From Ophelia neglecta (taxonomy: Eukaryota), in contig OZ260661.1 in the NCBI GenBank assembly GCA_965285935.1, positions 93,992,001-94,056,000 on the forward strand: DNA of 64,000 nucleotides, given 5' to 3'. The notes beneath the pieces are model-generated. The model saw only the letters and a program-made list of their open reading frames with translations. It was not told the DNA's origin and did not search any database. The position numbers were made by a program, and so were the translations under genes. Shown piece after piece: positions 51,701 to 64,000 of the stretch (position 1 is the stretch's first letter; every line of letters starts with the position of its first letter).

Positions 51701-54700
51701 GATGGCGGAAAACGGACGCCAGAGAACATTGCAATTTGCCCAAAAATACACAACTCCTTAAAAATTCCTAGCGCTTTTTCAGACTTTCAATTATTTTTGT
51801 CAAGTCTCAGTGGCATGGAGATCTATAATATGGAGATAGGTAGTGGCTACAGTGGCAGTCATGCCTTTAAAGGTCTCTTGAGATATTAGTAAAGGCCATT
51901 CAATGGTCTCTGGAAGGAGGTGTAAGACGGGTTTGTAAAGGTCAATCATGATTGCTTATGATCGCTGGCCTCTTGCAAGCCCATTGTCATCCCATTGTGT
52001 GTATTACTGAGGGTGGCTGGGTCGCTATCACTGGTCACCATGGTTCCCTGTGGGGAGGGTGGGGAATGCATGCTGGGCCACCTGGAGATTTGACAATGGG
52101 GGTTGTTATCTGGGGGTTTACATGATCATTACAGGGTGTTAGGGAGTGAGGGTAATTAGCCTTAGTCCTGTTTATCAGCCCTCCTAGTCCTGGGAGCCCC
52201 ACACCCCCTCCCCAAATCCCCAGCCTAATGACAGATCGGTCAGTCTGCCCAGCCAAGGATCCCGCAGATATTGTACTCTGAAGAATGCGCTGATCCTGCT
52301 GACAAGTTGCGCATTTAAGTTTTCTTTGAACATAACAGATGACGAACAGCTGACATGTATTATGTGGTGGTGCTAAGTAGTTTTCCTAGAGGGATTACAC
52401 CACTCTCACTTAGCATTGTGCCGCTGGCTGCCGTTGGCTAAAATCAGATCAGCTTACACACGTGCAGTGACTTTCCAGCGCACACCGTCCAAAGTCCATA
52501 TGTCAAGGGAAAAACCAGCAATGGCTCCTCAGACTCTACGCTCTACACCACTTGGTATTTTCTGCCTGTATTTTTATGTGACTAGGCAAAGAGGCACTAA
52601 TACTGTACAGTACCCTGTGGTGTGGAGAATTCCTCAGAGTCATTTATCATGTGCTCCATGGGGGCTGTCAGGAGATTGGTAGGACTGCATTCCCATCTGG
52701 GGATGCCCCACTTTCTACCCGGCTGCTCCCCGGGAGCCATAGCCCAAGGTTAGTGGCCAAGGTCAGCGGCCACTGTGCCCCAGCCTAGGGGTGCAGATCA
52801 ACCCTGCTTGGTCCCAGCGGGCGAAAGGTAAAAATAGCCAAGATAAAAATAAATGTCTAAAGTTTACTATGAAGTTGACATATACAAGGAAGCAAAACTT
52901 GGCAGAAAAAAAGAGATGCTTGTAGACGGAATATTATCAGTTTGACAGTCATGTGCGATAGAAGTGTTTGAAGATGGATGAAAAAACACTGATGGGTATA
53001 CAAGATAAAATGGCTGGATTAATTGGGAAAAAACTATCAAATATATAACACATGTTGAAAAGTGTTGTTTGTTTGGCATTATCCCTTTCGCTTTCTGCAC
53101 CATTTCATCTCAGTAAGATTAAACTTATTTATATTTTAAAGTTCAAGCCTCCTGGTCAATTTCATTCTTAGACATGCTAAGTTGCTGGGAAAATAAGAAA
53201 TTGTGACTCAGCTGTAAATGATATTATATTAAGAGGCAAATGCTTGAGGAAGGTTGGTACTTTGGACAAGTGGTATCCGACGGGCTCCAGTTAATGTGAT
53301 ATCTGTGCTGTGATTCAAGGACGTTGTGAGAGTGCCCCTAAGGCCACCCCTCAAAGTCCCCAACGCACCGATTAGGCCAGTCTGGAATTAACTGACGACA
53401 ATGGAATATGGCGCGATAAACATTATGCCATAAGTGGCTTAGCAAAACTACCAGGCAACCATTGGGGATGGTTGTAGAACAGTAGTTGGGGTAGTAAAGT
53501 GGGAGAGAAATCCTGGTTGATGGGATGACAGTGATCTAGCGGCTCTACCCCTCCACAGGACTTGAGCATTGGCAATGTTATGACGTTTTTGGGTCATTGA
53601 GCCATGATGTATCCCCTCGCTTGCCAGGTCACGCTGGGCTCTCTACGATTCAGTGCCTTCCTACCAGCAGGCTTTATTTATCATTTGTCACAATGGGGAT
53701 TAATGTACTGCTGTTACTGATATAGCACCGCAGATCATAAGTTTAGGGGAGGTACATGTTGCATGCATGTGTAGGGCATGCTGGGTTAAAGGTCACCCTA
53801 TTGGGCAATAACCCTGCAGTAACTTCCTTTTATTGCCAGAGTGTTAAATTGATGTTTTAGTTATGTTTAATGTTCTGCTGTGGTGTGGTCTGCATTATGC
53901 TCCATAGATCAAGATCATGACAGAATGATACATGAAGGTTGGCATGATATAAGGGCAGCAACGTCAAACAAATCATCGCCCTATTTTACAGTGTCCAAAT
54001 ACAGGGGTCAGTGGCATCATATATCACCTTGTAATCACAGCAGTCTAAATGCCAAACAACAAAATGGGTTGTGATTTGTCTGCCAGATGACATAGGAACA
54101 AATTAGACAAGGGGTCGAGATGAAACTCATCAAAATAATTTGTGTCAGATCATTGAGATGTATACTTTGATAGGGGGCAGATCATGTGGTTATTTATTGC
54201 TATTGGTGGCTGTTTGGACAGAGTTATTAGAACATTGTAGGATGTTGGAATTCTGGCTGTGAGCCTTGATATACAGTGGCAGTACCATATCAGCTGAGCA
54301 GGCCATAGATCATGGCTTTAGTGGGTTAGCATGTTTATGTAGACTGGCAGAATGGCCACGCTCCTGTAGATGAACGACTTGGTGATTGATGAATGCTGTG
54401 TTGACTGGTCATTCCTAGATTCGCATATAATTACAGGACCACACACGCTTTCATACTACCCGAGCAAATAAAGCCATCAGAGTATGGCCACAAAAATTAC
54501 TGTCCATGCAGCCCCTCCCCCCCCCCCCTGGCAGATCCCCCCCATCCACCTGTCAAACTGTATCAGCCCACTTGAATATTTGGCTGCCACTATTCAAGTC
54601 GTGGGCGCCATCAAATTTCTTTGATATCGGCTGCAGAAATGTCAAAACACCCTGCACCAGGTCAAATGTAGAGATATAAATATCGTAGAGAAATAATGAA

Positions 54701-57700
54701 GAGAAGATTGTGAGTTTTGGCTTGGTCATATTCCTGTCTTTATTACAACAATGTCAGACTCTGTTGCCCATCTCTCCGTGCAGCGCGGTAACATATTAAT
54801 CCTCACTGTTGAGCTTTGTTTTCAATATGTCGGCATGTAATTGCGAAGGGAGGAGGATAATCCTGTCATTTATCATTTGGTTGCCACGGTGTTCACACTG
54901 CTCAGCAGAAGGCGAGCTCTGATTGCCTGCCCGTGGAAGGTTAGGGGTCGTATTGGCGGTCATGTGATGCTTATTGCAAATCCTCATCCCTCAGGCATTG
55001 AAAATCACCTCCGTCAGCCACGCAGGAACAATCCTAAAAAGACAATGTTGCAGCTCTTATATTTTGTGTATACTCCTGCTCTGCAGCATTCCATTCAAAT
55101 TGACAACATTTCATTCACATCCATTATAATACTGGCTCCGTGGGAATGTTATGCATATTTTGTTGTTCCGACCAATTTTCGACGCCAAAAACTAGTTGAA
55201 GAGCATTACATGATTCAAAATGATCAGAGGCGAACCTTGAGTTTTTTGGCTGAACAAGTTTCAATTGATTTTGTCTGGTGCGTTGAAGAGTGTTGATGCT
55301 GGGTGCCATTCAGTGTGTATCGTGTAGCAGCCATGGCTGAATTAATGAAACCCTCATACCCTTCTCTAGATGATGCAGACTGTGAAAAGATAGAGCTCAT
55401 AATGAACAGAATTACAATTAACTTTATCGGAGCAGATGATTGATTTGCTGCAGTGATATTTTCAATAAACCTACACACCAGTCTTATAGACAGCATTGCT
55501 ATTTATTGCTTCAACAGAGCAGTGACTCGAAATAATATGCACGCCGCCGCTTTTTCCATTTGTACTGGCGACACTGTGAGAAGCCGAGGACCTAAGTGCT
55601 CAAGTGGTCCTCATCCCTCTAATAGATGTCAATATATTAAATAATACATGGACAACATTCTGCAATTGAACACTGGATCTCTTGCTGAAGAGCTAGGGTC
55701 GAGTTATGGGCCTGAGCCTCTGTTGTTCCCGACCCTGGGGCTAAATATTGATATTATATCCATATCATGATAACCAGGCTTCATTTATGAATATCATGTA
55801 AGTGTATGCTTATTATTAAAGTAAAAAACCACAACTCCTGTGGTGGCATGGCCATCACCTGTAGATGTATCTCTGGTGGGCCCGAGGTCCTTATGTTGGC
55901 AGTAAACACATCTTACCTCTAGATAAGCCCTGCTCCCCTAATATGATAGTACCTTGCCCTACCGGGCTTCACACCTGGTCGGAGAACATAAAATGTCAGG
56001 GATCACCTGATAACTTGTTTGTTTAAAGCAGTAACCATTTACTTGTCCTTGGTACCCATGGCCAATATGCCCCAAATCATGAGAAACTCTACTATAAAGA
56101 TATTTTGTGGTTTGGTGCAGTTTATGGCAGCAAATATGCACGTGAGTATTGCAATATGAAGTGTTATGGCTTTCACAAAGAACTCAATATACAGATCATA
56201 ATAGCATATGAAGCCATCATATCCTGGAGAGCCCCCCATCACTGTTGACTTGGGTTATTTCCTGACATTTTTATTTGATATTTCTAGCTACAGAGCTAAA
56301 AAGAACCTTGTTGCTGAGATAATCTGCACAGAGAGTCATTGTAATAACAGCCAAGATATGGGAAATCTGAATGACAGGTCCTGAAGATGACAGCCTGGCC
56401 TGATGTCAACATGTCTTTATGAGAGAAGGGTATAAAACGCCCAGCTCCAAGCATGTTCTCTGTTAATATTCCCAGTTATTACCGCCTGGCTTATGTACTG
56501 GCTTGAGTGCGATCCTGAGACCTGTCTGCAATGGGAGGGCTCGGCATTGAGGATTGCCCCTTTTACAGGTTTATTGGTTATGGCGGTGTTGAGAGGCAGG
56601 TTGTGGCAGTGGTAAGTATTTGTCAAGCTGATTTACAGCCCCTCAGGGAGGCCAAGTCTCCCTCCCCTAGGTGACAAGACAGATTATTGAACTATGACAC
56701 GGTCATTGCATTTCCTCTGTGACGAGGCTTTACATACCAACTACTTGATGATTTTGGCCTTTATCGTTCTGCCATAAACATGATCATCAAGCTGTTTGGC
56801 TGGTTGTAAATCATGTCGCGTTCCACTGCAAGTCTTACAGTGCTTGGCATGACACTTCGGGCCTTAAAGTCAAACATTCATGCTATTAGGTGCTGTCTCA
56901 ATGTGATTTCTGCCAGGTTTTGTTTTTGAGTGTTTAGGCACATCTTCTTGATGGTTGGGCCATTTGAAGCCATGTAATTTGTAGACAAGGTCCCTCAATT
57001 AATGCAGATGACAGCACGGCAATGGCGGAATGAAAAGTGCGCAACAAATAGAGCATGCAAGCCAACACGAAACACAGTTGGGTGTGCATGAATAGTGAAT
57101 GTGGTAAGATCCCATGGGACCTCCAGGCCATGTCAATGTGCAGCCAACTAGAAACCATCGCCTCTTGTACTGGATCTGCCGCAAAAGTCATCCGTCCTGA
57201 AAGCACAGTCCCCTTGTCAGCTTTGTAACCAATATAAAGGCAGGGCCATCCTAGCTATGTCCCCATCTCTTCAACTGTGTCTCGGATACTTTTCTTGTTT
57301 CTCGCAGGCAGTGTTTCACTTGCTAGACAAGCATACCAATTACCACATTAGGCCATAAAGATTTTGTACATCGGTTTACATGTCCACCTGCAATTTTATT
57401 ATTGTGAAAAAGACGAATTAAATTGACCTGAACAATTCGTAGTTTATTTTCCCCTGCAATATGGTGAGATGCCATAGAAGTAAATTTACATTGACATGTG
57501 TGGTACCTAACAGATTTGGCCTAGTGATTTGTATATTTATATGTTGATCACTTGCTGGTATGCTACATTGTTTGTACATGCCAGGAGATAGCAGACCGTT
57601 CATGTCTCTTGTTTATTTATTTTTGTAAACCATCTCAAAACAATGCATGGAAAAATGCACAAACCTTATCTTTTTCTAGCGTGAAAATGTAAAGGAAAAA

Positions 57701-60700
57701 TATGACCGACTGACCTCCAACCTTGGGTATATAAAAAATTGCAGCAGTTCGATATAAACTTACCTGGTTTTTAAAAATAAAGTCATGAAGGCACATACAA
57801 ATATTTCATGTCCAACCTACCTAAGTTATTCAGTAAAAATATAGGTAAATTGTCCTCCATGTTCCTACTGAAAATTAAACTCAAATCTACCAACAAAATT
57901 TACTATCCACACCTGTACCCTATATATTATATTATAACCAAAGTTGGCAAGGGAATGACGAGACTGACAAGTGGCTAACCCACCTAGTTTAAAATTACAT
58001 TGAACAGGAAACACACCTATTATTCTATTTGGCCTTAAAAACATATGGCCTTATCTGGATATTAAAAAAACAGCTTGGCCCAGCTACCTTGTCTAGCAAT
58101 ACATGGAGCCAGATCGAGCTCAGCTCTGCATTAAATTATAACTTGCCAGGCCCCCAGGTGCTTACCTAGGTCTGAACAACCCACTCTCCACAAAATGTGA
58201 GATTATTGTATGAATACAGCTAGGACCAAAAAGAATGCTTGATTAATTTTAAGTTGCCTTTTCCTCCTGAGAAGTGCTTCAGGATATGATGATTACAAAG
58301 TACTTGTACAGTTTTCACCTGGCATTGAAGATGGCGGCAAGGATACCATTAACGTTGTGTGCAAAGTCTGAGCAAAGGCACCTACATTACTTTAACAATG
58401 ATATGGCAAACAGTAAAAAGCATTTATCATTCTGAGGCCCACTTAACTCAAATATGCCAAACCAGTGAATAAAAGGATGACCGGGAAAAGACAATGGTAC
58501 CCACTTCTGACCAGTCATCACTTAATTAGCCTCAATAACAGCTTGTGAAAATGGCTTTTTATCATTTCATACCTGATGTGCCAGCTCATGAGAGTTCAGT
58601 AACACCATTACTAATGTTCAAGTAGTCCATATGTTGCCACATGGTCATACAAGGCATGCAACTTTCTAGCCATCAATGATGCTCTAAGGCAAATGACTGC
58701 AGAAAATTACGAACCTTTCATATTTATATCAGTGTCTGTAAGATCGATTAAGGTCAATGTAGATCTTAACGACAGGGGTAATTATGATATTAATATGTGG
58801 TTTATTATGTGAACTTTGTGACCAAGTACATATCTGGTGGCACAGTGTCACACCTCAAGATATGCAGGCATCTTAATAAAGCCCATGGTCTTGCTATTCA
58901 ACGAAAAAGGTATAGTAATTAACAGAGTAATTTAAGTATTATGACCGTGTTATTATAGCTGTTAATGCAGCAGTTACTGAATTCTTGATTGGTCAGAATG
59001 TGTATAGTAATTACAAAAATACATTATATATTAACACATTTTCCAAAGTGTTGGCTAAAATGTGGTATGGAAAATCAGATTGATCCATATTGTTAAAATA
59101 TGCAAGGAATTTAGCCTCAGTCTAGCGAGGGGAATGCCAAGGGCTGCTAGTCCAGGCAGACGGCTTTTGGATAGAATAGATGCTTCATAATTAATTTCTT
59201 GTTCAACTATTAGCTTGCATATGTGTCTGATCCAGCAGATTCTGCAGGTGCCGATGGGAATATTCAATCAGTCTTTGGTGATTAGATTGAATTGTAAATA
59301 CCAGAGTCATAATACATAGTCATCATGATGAAATAGCTGAAACTTGCAGTACATTTGTAACTTTATTTAAATTTACTTAGTTAGGCAAGATTATAAAAAC
59401 AGAGAATTAGCAGCATTAGTAAATGTCCAATTTTGTCAGTTGAATTCTTGTATAAATTGATGAAATATCTGTTCAGTGATTAGTGATTTAAGTTCATGTG
59501 AACCAAGGGGTGATGCCTAGTATTTGTGAATATTATTTTGTCCAGGATAATAAGATAATATGCAGAGGATTAGTTTAATTTTGGTGTGTAATATGCCATA
59601 TTATCCCAGTCTGTATTTAGCTCACTGTAGTTGTTGATTATCAGGAGGCTCAATGAGACAGTGACAGTATTAGGGTATGGGACCTTTTCAGGTCTTTTCC
59701 CAGAATGTTCTGGCGTTTGGCGGTGTTTCATTCTTCGCACACGGTGATGAGAAGGAGAAAATTAATTTAGGTGGCCTTCAGGTGCTTGGGTAAATTGAAT
59801 ACTTAGCGGCAGGACCATAAATCAAGGGACAGGCGACTCCGGAGAACTGCCAGGCGACTCCCAGAACTGATGCAAATTTAGTTGGCCTTTTCCAGGAATA
59901 GAAATGGCCACATGATAGGCAGAGATGTTTTCAAATTTTGGCTATGGGGAGTGGTCTGAAAAACCAGAGAATTTGAAATCAGTAGAGAGTTTGAGGACGC
60001 ATAGACTGGCTATATATGCAATATGCAGTGTATATGCACATGTACTAGAACTGGTGTAAAAGAGACCAAAATGCAGTCCCCGGAATGTAATACAATATGG
60101 CATGTTTTTCAGTTGATTTTGTACTCTGTAAGCATGTGATCCCTTCAATCCATTCATACAGCGCCCTAAAAACTCTGCCAGGGCTGACATTGGTTTATCA
60201 ACCAGGCACCATTGTGTAACCTAAGATCAAGAATGGGAATCTTGACTCACAATAGCCAAATTAAGCCATTGTTTTCAGCGTCCATCCTTGTGTTTTAAGT
60301 TAGATGATGTTCCAAAGGTCCGCGTCTCTTCCCAGATCACCAGCAGTGCAGCATCCTTCTATATTTTTTGTGCCACGGGTCCATGATGGGGTTTGGGTAT
60401 AGGAGTGTCGCTTGAGGGTGCTTCACTCCCATCAACACCATTAAGGATTGAGGGGGGATGAGATGCCACATGGCATGATTTTAGTGTATGGGCTAGGAGG
60501 TGTCCGTTTATTGCCTTGGAGGTGGGAATATAGATTCCCGAAGGGGGCTGAGAGGAAATCAGGAATCCCTGGGGTAGGGATTGACCTGGTTTTGTAATAT
60601 TTAGTTCCACTGGCTTGTCCACAACTAACTTGGATTTGATGTGAATCAAGTATTATGTCATTTGCTCGTGATTAGACAGTGCTGTGTTGATAATGCCATT

Positions 60701-63636
60701 GCCAAATCGATGGTTTGTCGGCTCGTTTCAATCACTGCTTGGCCTTCCCTCCTGAGACTATGGCTCGTACACACGCACACATTTGTCGAGAATTTGCCTG
60801 GATTACATGGAATCCGGTATCAGCTATTGTTGTAAAAGCCCCAATGTTTTTCCATGCTATCTACTCAGTGTGGCTTTTACAGGGCAGAGAAAGGAAATGA
60901 AGCTGAATCACATGATAATGGAGAATCCCAATTTTTTTGGCGATCTGCCTTTCGATCGCACCAATTTTATATTGATGTAATTGAATCGGTGGCACCGCCA
61001 AATTGGGTTACCCAATTTTAGCAAATCAGTACAAATGGTGCTTTGTATCATATTTTGTCATTTCTTTTCATTCTCAATCCTCTAGGGCTGTGCAGTTCTC
61101 ATTATTTTTACCACCCTCTCCTCTCCGTTTCCCACTTTCCCCAATCTGAGACAAGAACCGGTGTAGTTGGCAGACACTATGGCCAGGAAATGGGGTAATT
61201 GAAAGAAGGAGAGACATTTTGGCGAGCAACTCCAGCTCCCCTCTTCGCCAAGTGTGGGCAGATGTATTTACCACTTACAGCGTTATGAATTGGAATCAGA
61301 ACGACGGAGATAAATACAGGGATCAAAAATGGCTAATGAGAAATCATGAAATCATTACGCGGCATGGCGTGATGAACAAAAAGGATGGAGCCAGATCTTT
61401 ATTGTGGTTGCTCGCCTGGTGCTAGGCCATATTCCTGGCATTAGACAGATCTTCACAGGGCTGTTATGATACTGAACGTTATTACTAGCCCCATAAAAGG
61501 CATGGGCATTATCGTGCACCTTCACATGAAGAGATTTCTCCGTTTGCTGGCTATTTTACTGGTTACGATCTGATGACATGTATCAATGTGTTTATATTTA
61601 TCTTGGCCTATTTTTATGCTATAAAGTTGAGTTATACATGGCATTGCTGCAATAAAATGAGTCCAGGGTGGGTCAGCATTGAGATGGCATGAGGGCATTA
61701 TGAGTTATGGAGCTGAGCCTCCATAAGGCTGGTTAGCGTCAGGGACTCGAGACACGGCTGACCTCCGTATGTCTGTGTGCCCTATTCGGTATTGGGACTG
61801 AGGAGGGCAGGAAGGGTGACTTTCATATTCGGTACAACTGAGTCCGGGATTGGGTTTTTGATGAGGTTGGAGTGTATGTTTGGCTGGCTATGGATTCGAC
61901 TGTCATGAGAATGTTCCTAATTTGTAACTTAAGCATTCTAGGCATGCGATAAGTGCATAAGCACGGATACTTCCCTGTCGACCAGGCAGTGTGGGACATC
62001 AAGTGGGGGAGAGGTGCATCGTGGGATGGATTTCCAAAACCACTCATCAAGATTTCAAACCCCCTGCTAAATTATTGAGATTAGGAGAAGATCCAGCTCA
62101 AAAGGAAATATATGGAAACTCCATTTGCAAGGCAGATGGTATGGTCTTAATATCATAAGTGATGATATTCTATTCTAGGTTACCAAACAATGGGACATTG
62201 ACAGGGGTCAAATCAATGTGTTAATGTGATATTTTGTATACATGTGTTAGTGTTTTGCATCTGTGTAAAAATGTATCATATAAAATCGCAGGATTTAATT
62301 CCATTGAGGCCCTGACCTGGTGCATGTTATCAAGAGAGTGCCTTTTTTAAGGTGGACAAAGAACCTTGTAATAATATCTGGTCTTAGTGTAATGGTCTAT
62401 AGTGTCGCCATTAAATGTTCCAATTAAATGATAATCTATTGTGCCCAGGATCATAGCATGGTATGTGTGAACAAACAGATATTTCTGTGGTGAAAATGGA
62501 CATATGTGATTTGAATAGCGACAGATTTTGAGGGAACTTCGCCCAGACATACGATCTTATGATTTGAACAACTCTGGCACCAGTAATTCCGGATCGGGTT
62601 TCGAGTGCTATTTATCCCAACGAAGCTAGCCTTTTTGCGCTTGAGATTTTTGAATGACAATTAGTGTGCTGAGCAGCTTAGGGTCTCCAATTCCCCATCA
62701 TGCATATGAGGTTGTTGGTTGATACGGCTCTAACAATAGAGCATTAGGATATTATTATAGCATTATGGTGGTTTCTCTTTCATTATACTCACTTCACCAT
62801 TCAATTATAGTAGATTACTTCTTTTTCTTGTTAGGTCGGTTTGTAGTGTGTGGTTCTCTTTCTCTCTTTCTCTTCTAGTAGTACCCTCTCTCTATCTCTT
62901 TGCTGTTATTTACGACTCCATCATGAAAATTTTGTCAACTTTTGGCCACTGCGTTTCAATAAAATCAAAATTATCCGTCAAAATTGTTATCACCCAACTT
63001 TACTGACCCTCCCTCACTGTCCTAGTCTGTGGATTGTTTCATATTGTATTAAATTTTAACTAACTGTATCATTTGTGTGACAATAACACCTTGTCTGCAT
63101 TACCATCTAAGAATATGGCATGGTCAATCTTGGCGATCGTATTATCGCCCAGAAACTAGTCTCACGCGCCACTTTCTTGTGTATTCTCCCATAGGGGGAT
63201 TCAGGCCAACTTCTTACTGCACTATGACTAAATGAGTCAGAAGGGCCACGAATGTCTGCAGTCACTCCTACTACTACTAATGTACGTGGTAATCTTTCCT
63301 TTCCTCCAAATCTCACTCACCAAGTCTCTTTCATTGACTCGCAGTTTGTCAACAAAAAAACCTAAGACTAACAGACGTTTTTCGGTTTGCCAAATGAAAC
63401 AAAATTTTATCATTCAAATTTTTCTCGAGTTGAACATTAAGGTTTTCAATCATCTAATTCTCATCTGTACCTCTCTTCTGTAGACATAATTTAGTGAGAA
63501 TAGATACCTTTAGTGCCTGTCTAGCCTAGATTCTCTCTAAAGCCTATAGTAAATGTCTCCCACTCTTGTCACCTTCTGACTATTACAGCCTTCCCATAAC
63601 CTAATAAACTGACCATCTTGTTTTATGTTCTTTCAG

Positions 63637-63778
63637 AGGCCCCCTTCTTCAGGAAACCTATCGACAACATTTAATCAGCCGGATGATGCGCAATCTACTC
63701 GTTCTGGGGACACGCCAGGGCCCAATAGCCAATCAAATCCCAACTCTCACAGTGTTGGTGACAATAACAGTGAAGCAG
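63637..63778 (+). CDS. Meis: Meis coding exon 7 (RPPSSG...DDAQSTRSGDTPGP...GDNNSEA); gene continues beyond the window, homeodomain not included
   Basis: Acceptor ttatgttctttcag, donor G|gtaggt (phase 1). Resembles the Meis linker DDTASTRSGGTPGP...GDNSSEQG, with the same terminal phase. Confidence 0.92.
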
Positions 63779-64000
63779 GTAGGTTGTCCATGTCAGTGAC
63801 ATCACTGTGCCATTGCTGACATCAGGCATATTTGATGAGCTCATCACATGTCTTGGAAATCAATAAGACAATGATGAAAACTCAGATTATCATATAATCG
63901 TTTGTGTAAACCTTCCTTGAAGACTTCAGTGCAATTTCTGGATAAAATGCTCACTAAAAATAAGCGACAGCAGTTCAAGGATTTAACAGGAGTTGGCCAG

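Noticed and set aside
52747-52765. AGGTTA/AGGTCA direct repeat as a retinoic acid response element
   Set aside because: The spacer is 7 nt, not DR1/2/5; at most a monomeric CCAAGGTCA nuclear-receptor site.
54841-55296. Longest ORF in the track (151 aa)
   Set aside because: TTG start, no recognisable domain and an intronic position; consistent with chance.
55910-58170. Several strong minus-strand splice donors in intron 6
   Set aside because: I could not pair them with convincing acceptors, and the number is compatible with chance.
63637-63652. Alternative acceptor ccccttcttcag inside exon 7
   Set aside because: It shifts the junction by 16 nt and breaks the conserved reading frame.

Overview
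This is eukaryotic genomic DNA from a bilaterian invertebrate; a marine lineage is inferred from the repeat types and is not proven. The one clearly recognisable gene is a Meis/homothorax-class TALE transcription factor on the + strand. Coding exons 1-7 (35384-63778) join in frame through GT-AG introns and encode the whole MEINOX/HM domain and the Ser/Gly-rich linker; the homeodomain exons lie beyond the right edge. Upstream are a GC-box/CCAAT promoter region rich in TALE (TGACAG) sites and a CpG-rich domain at about 11-38 kb. That domain holds CTCF-like motifs and several non-autonomous DNA transposons, including a perfect 142-bp hairpin MITE with an 8-bp target-site duplication. The CpG-poor left end (1-11 kb) holds a Helentron/HINE-like element with a 158-bp internal tandem array and a candidate spliced minus-strand transcript of unknown identity. 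The best leads are candidate alternative terminal exons in Meis intron 6 that would give homeodomain-less isoforms, the unassigned minus-strand transcript, and a TAGGCCTA palindrome excess largely restricted to the CpG-rich domain. I found no convincing wholly new biological system, and most ORFs in the supplied track look like chance ORFs.
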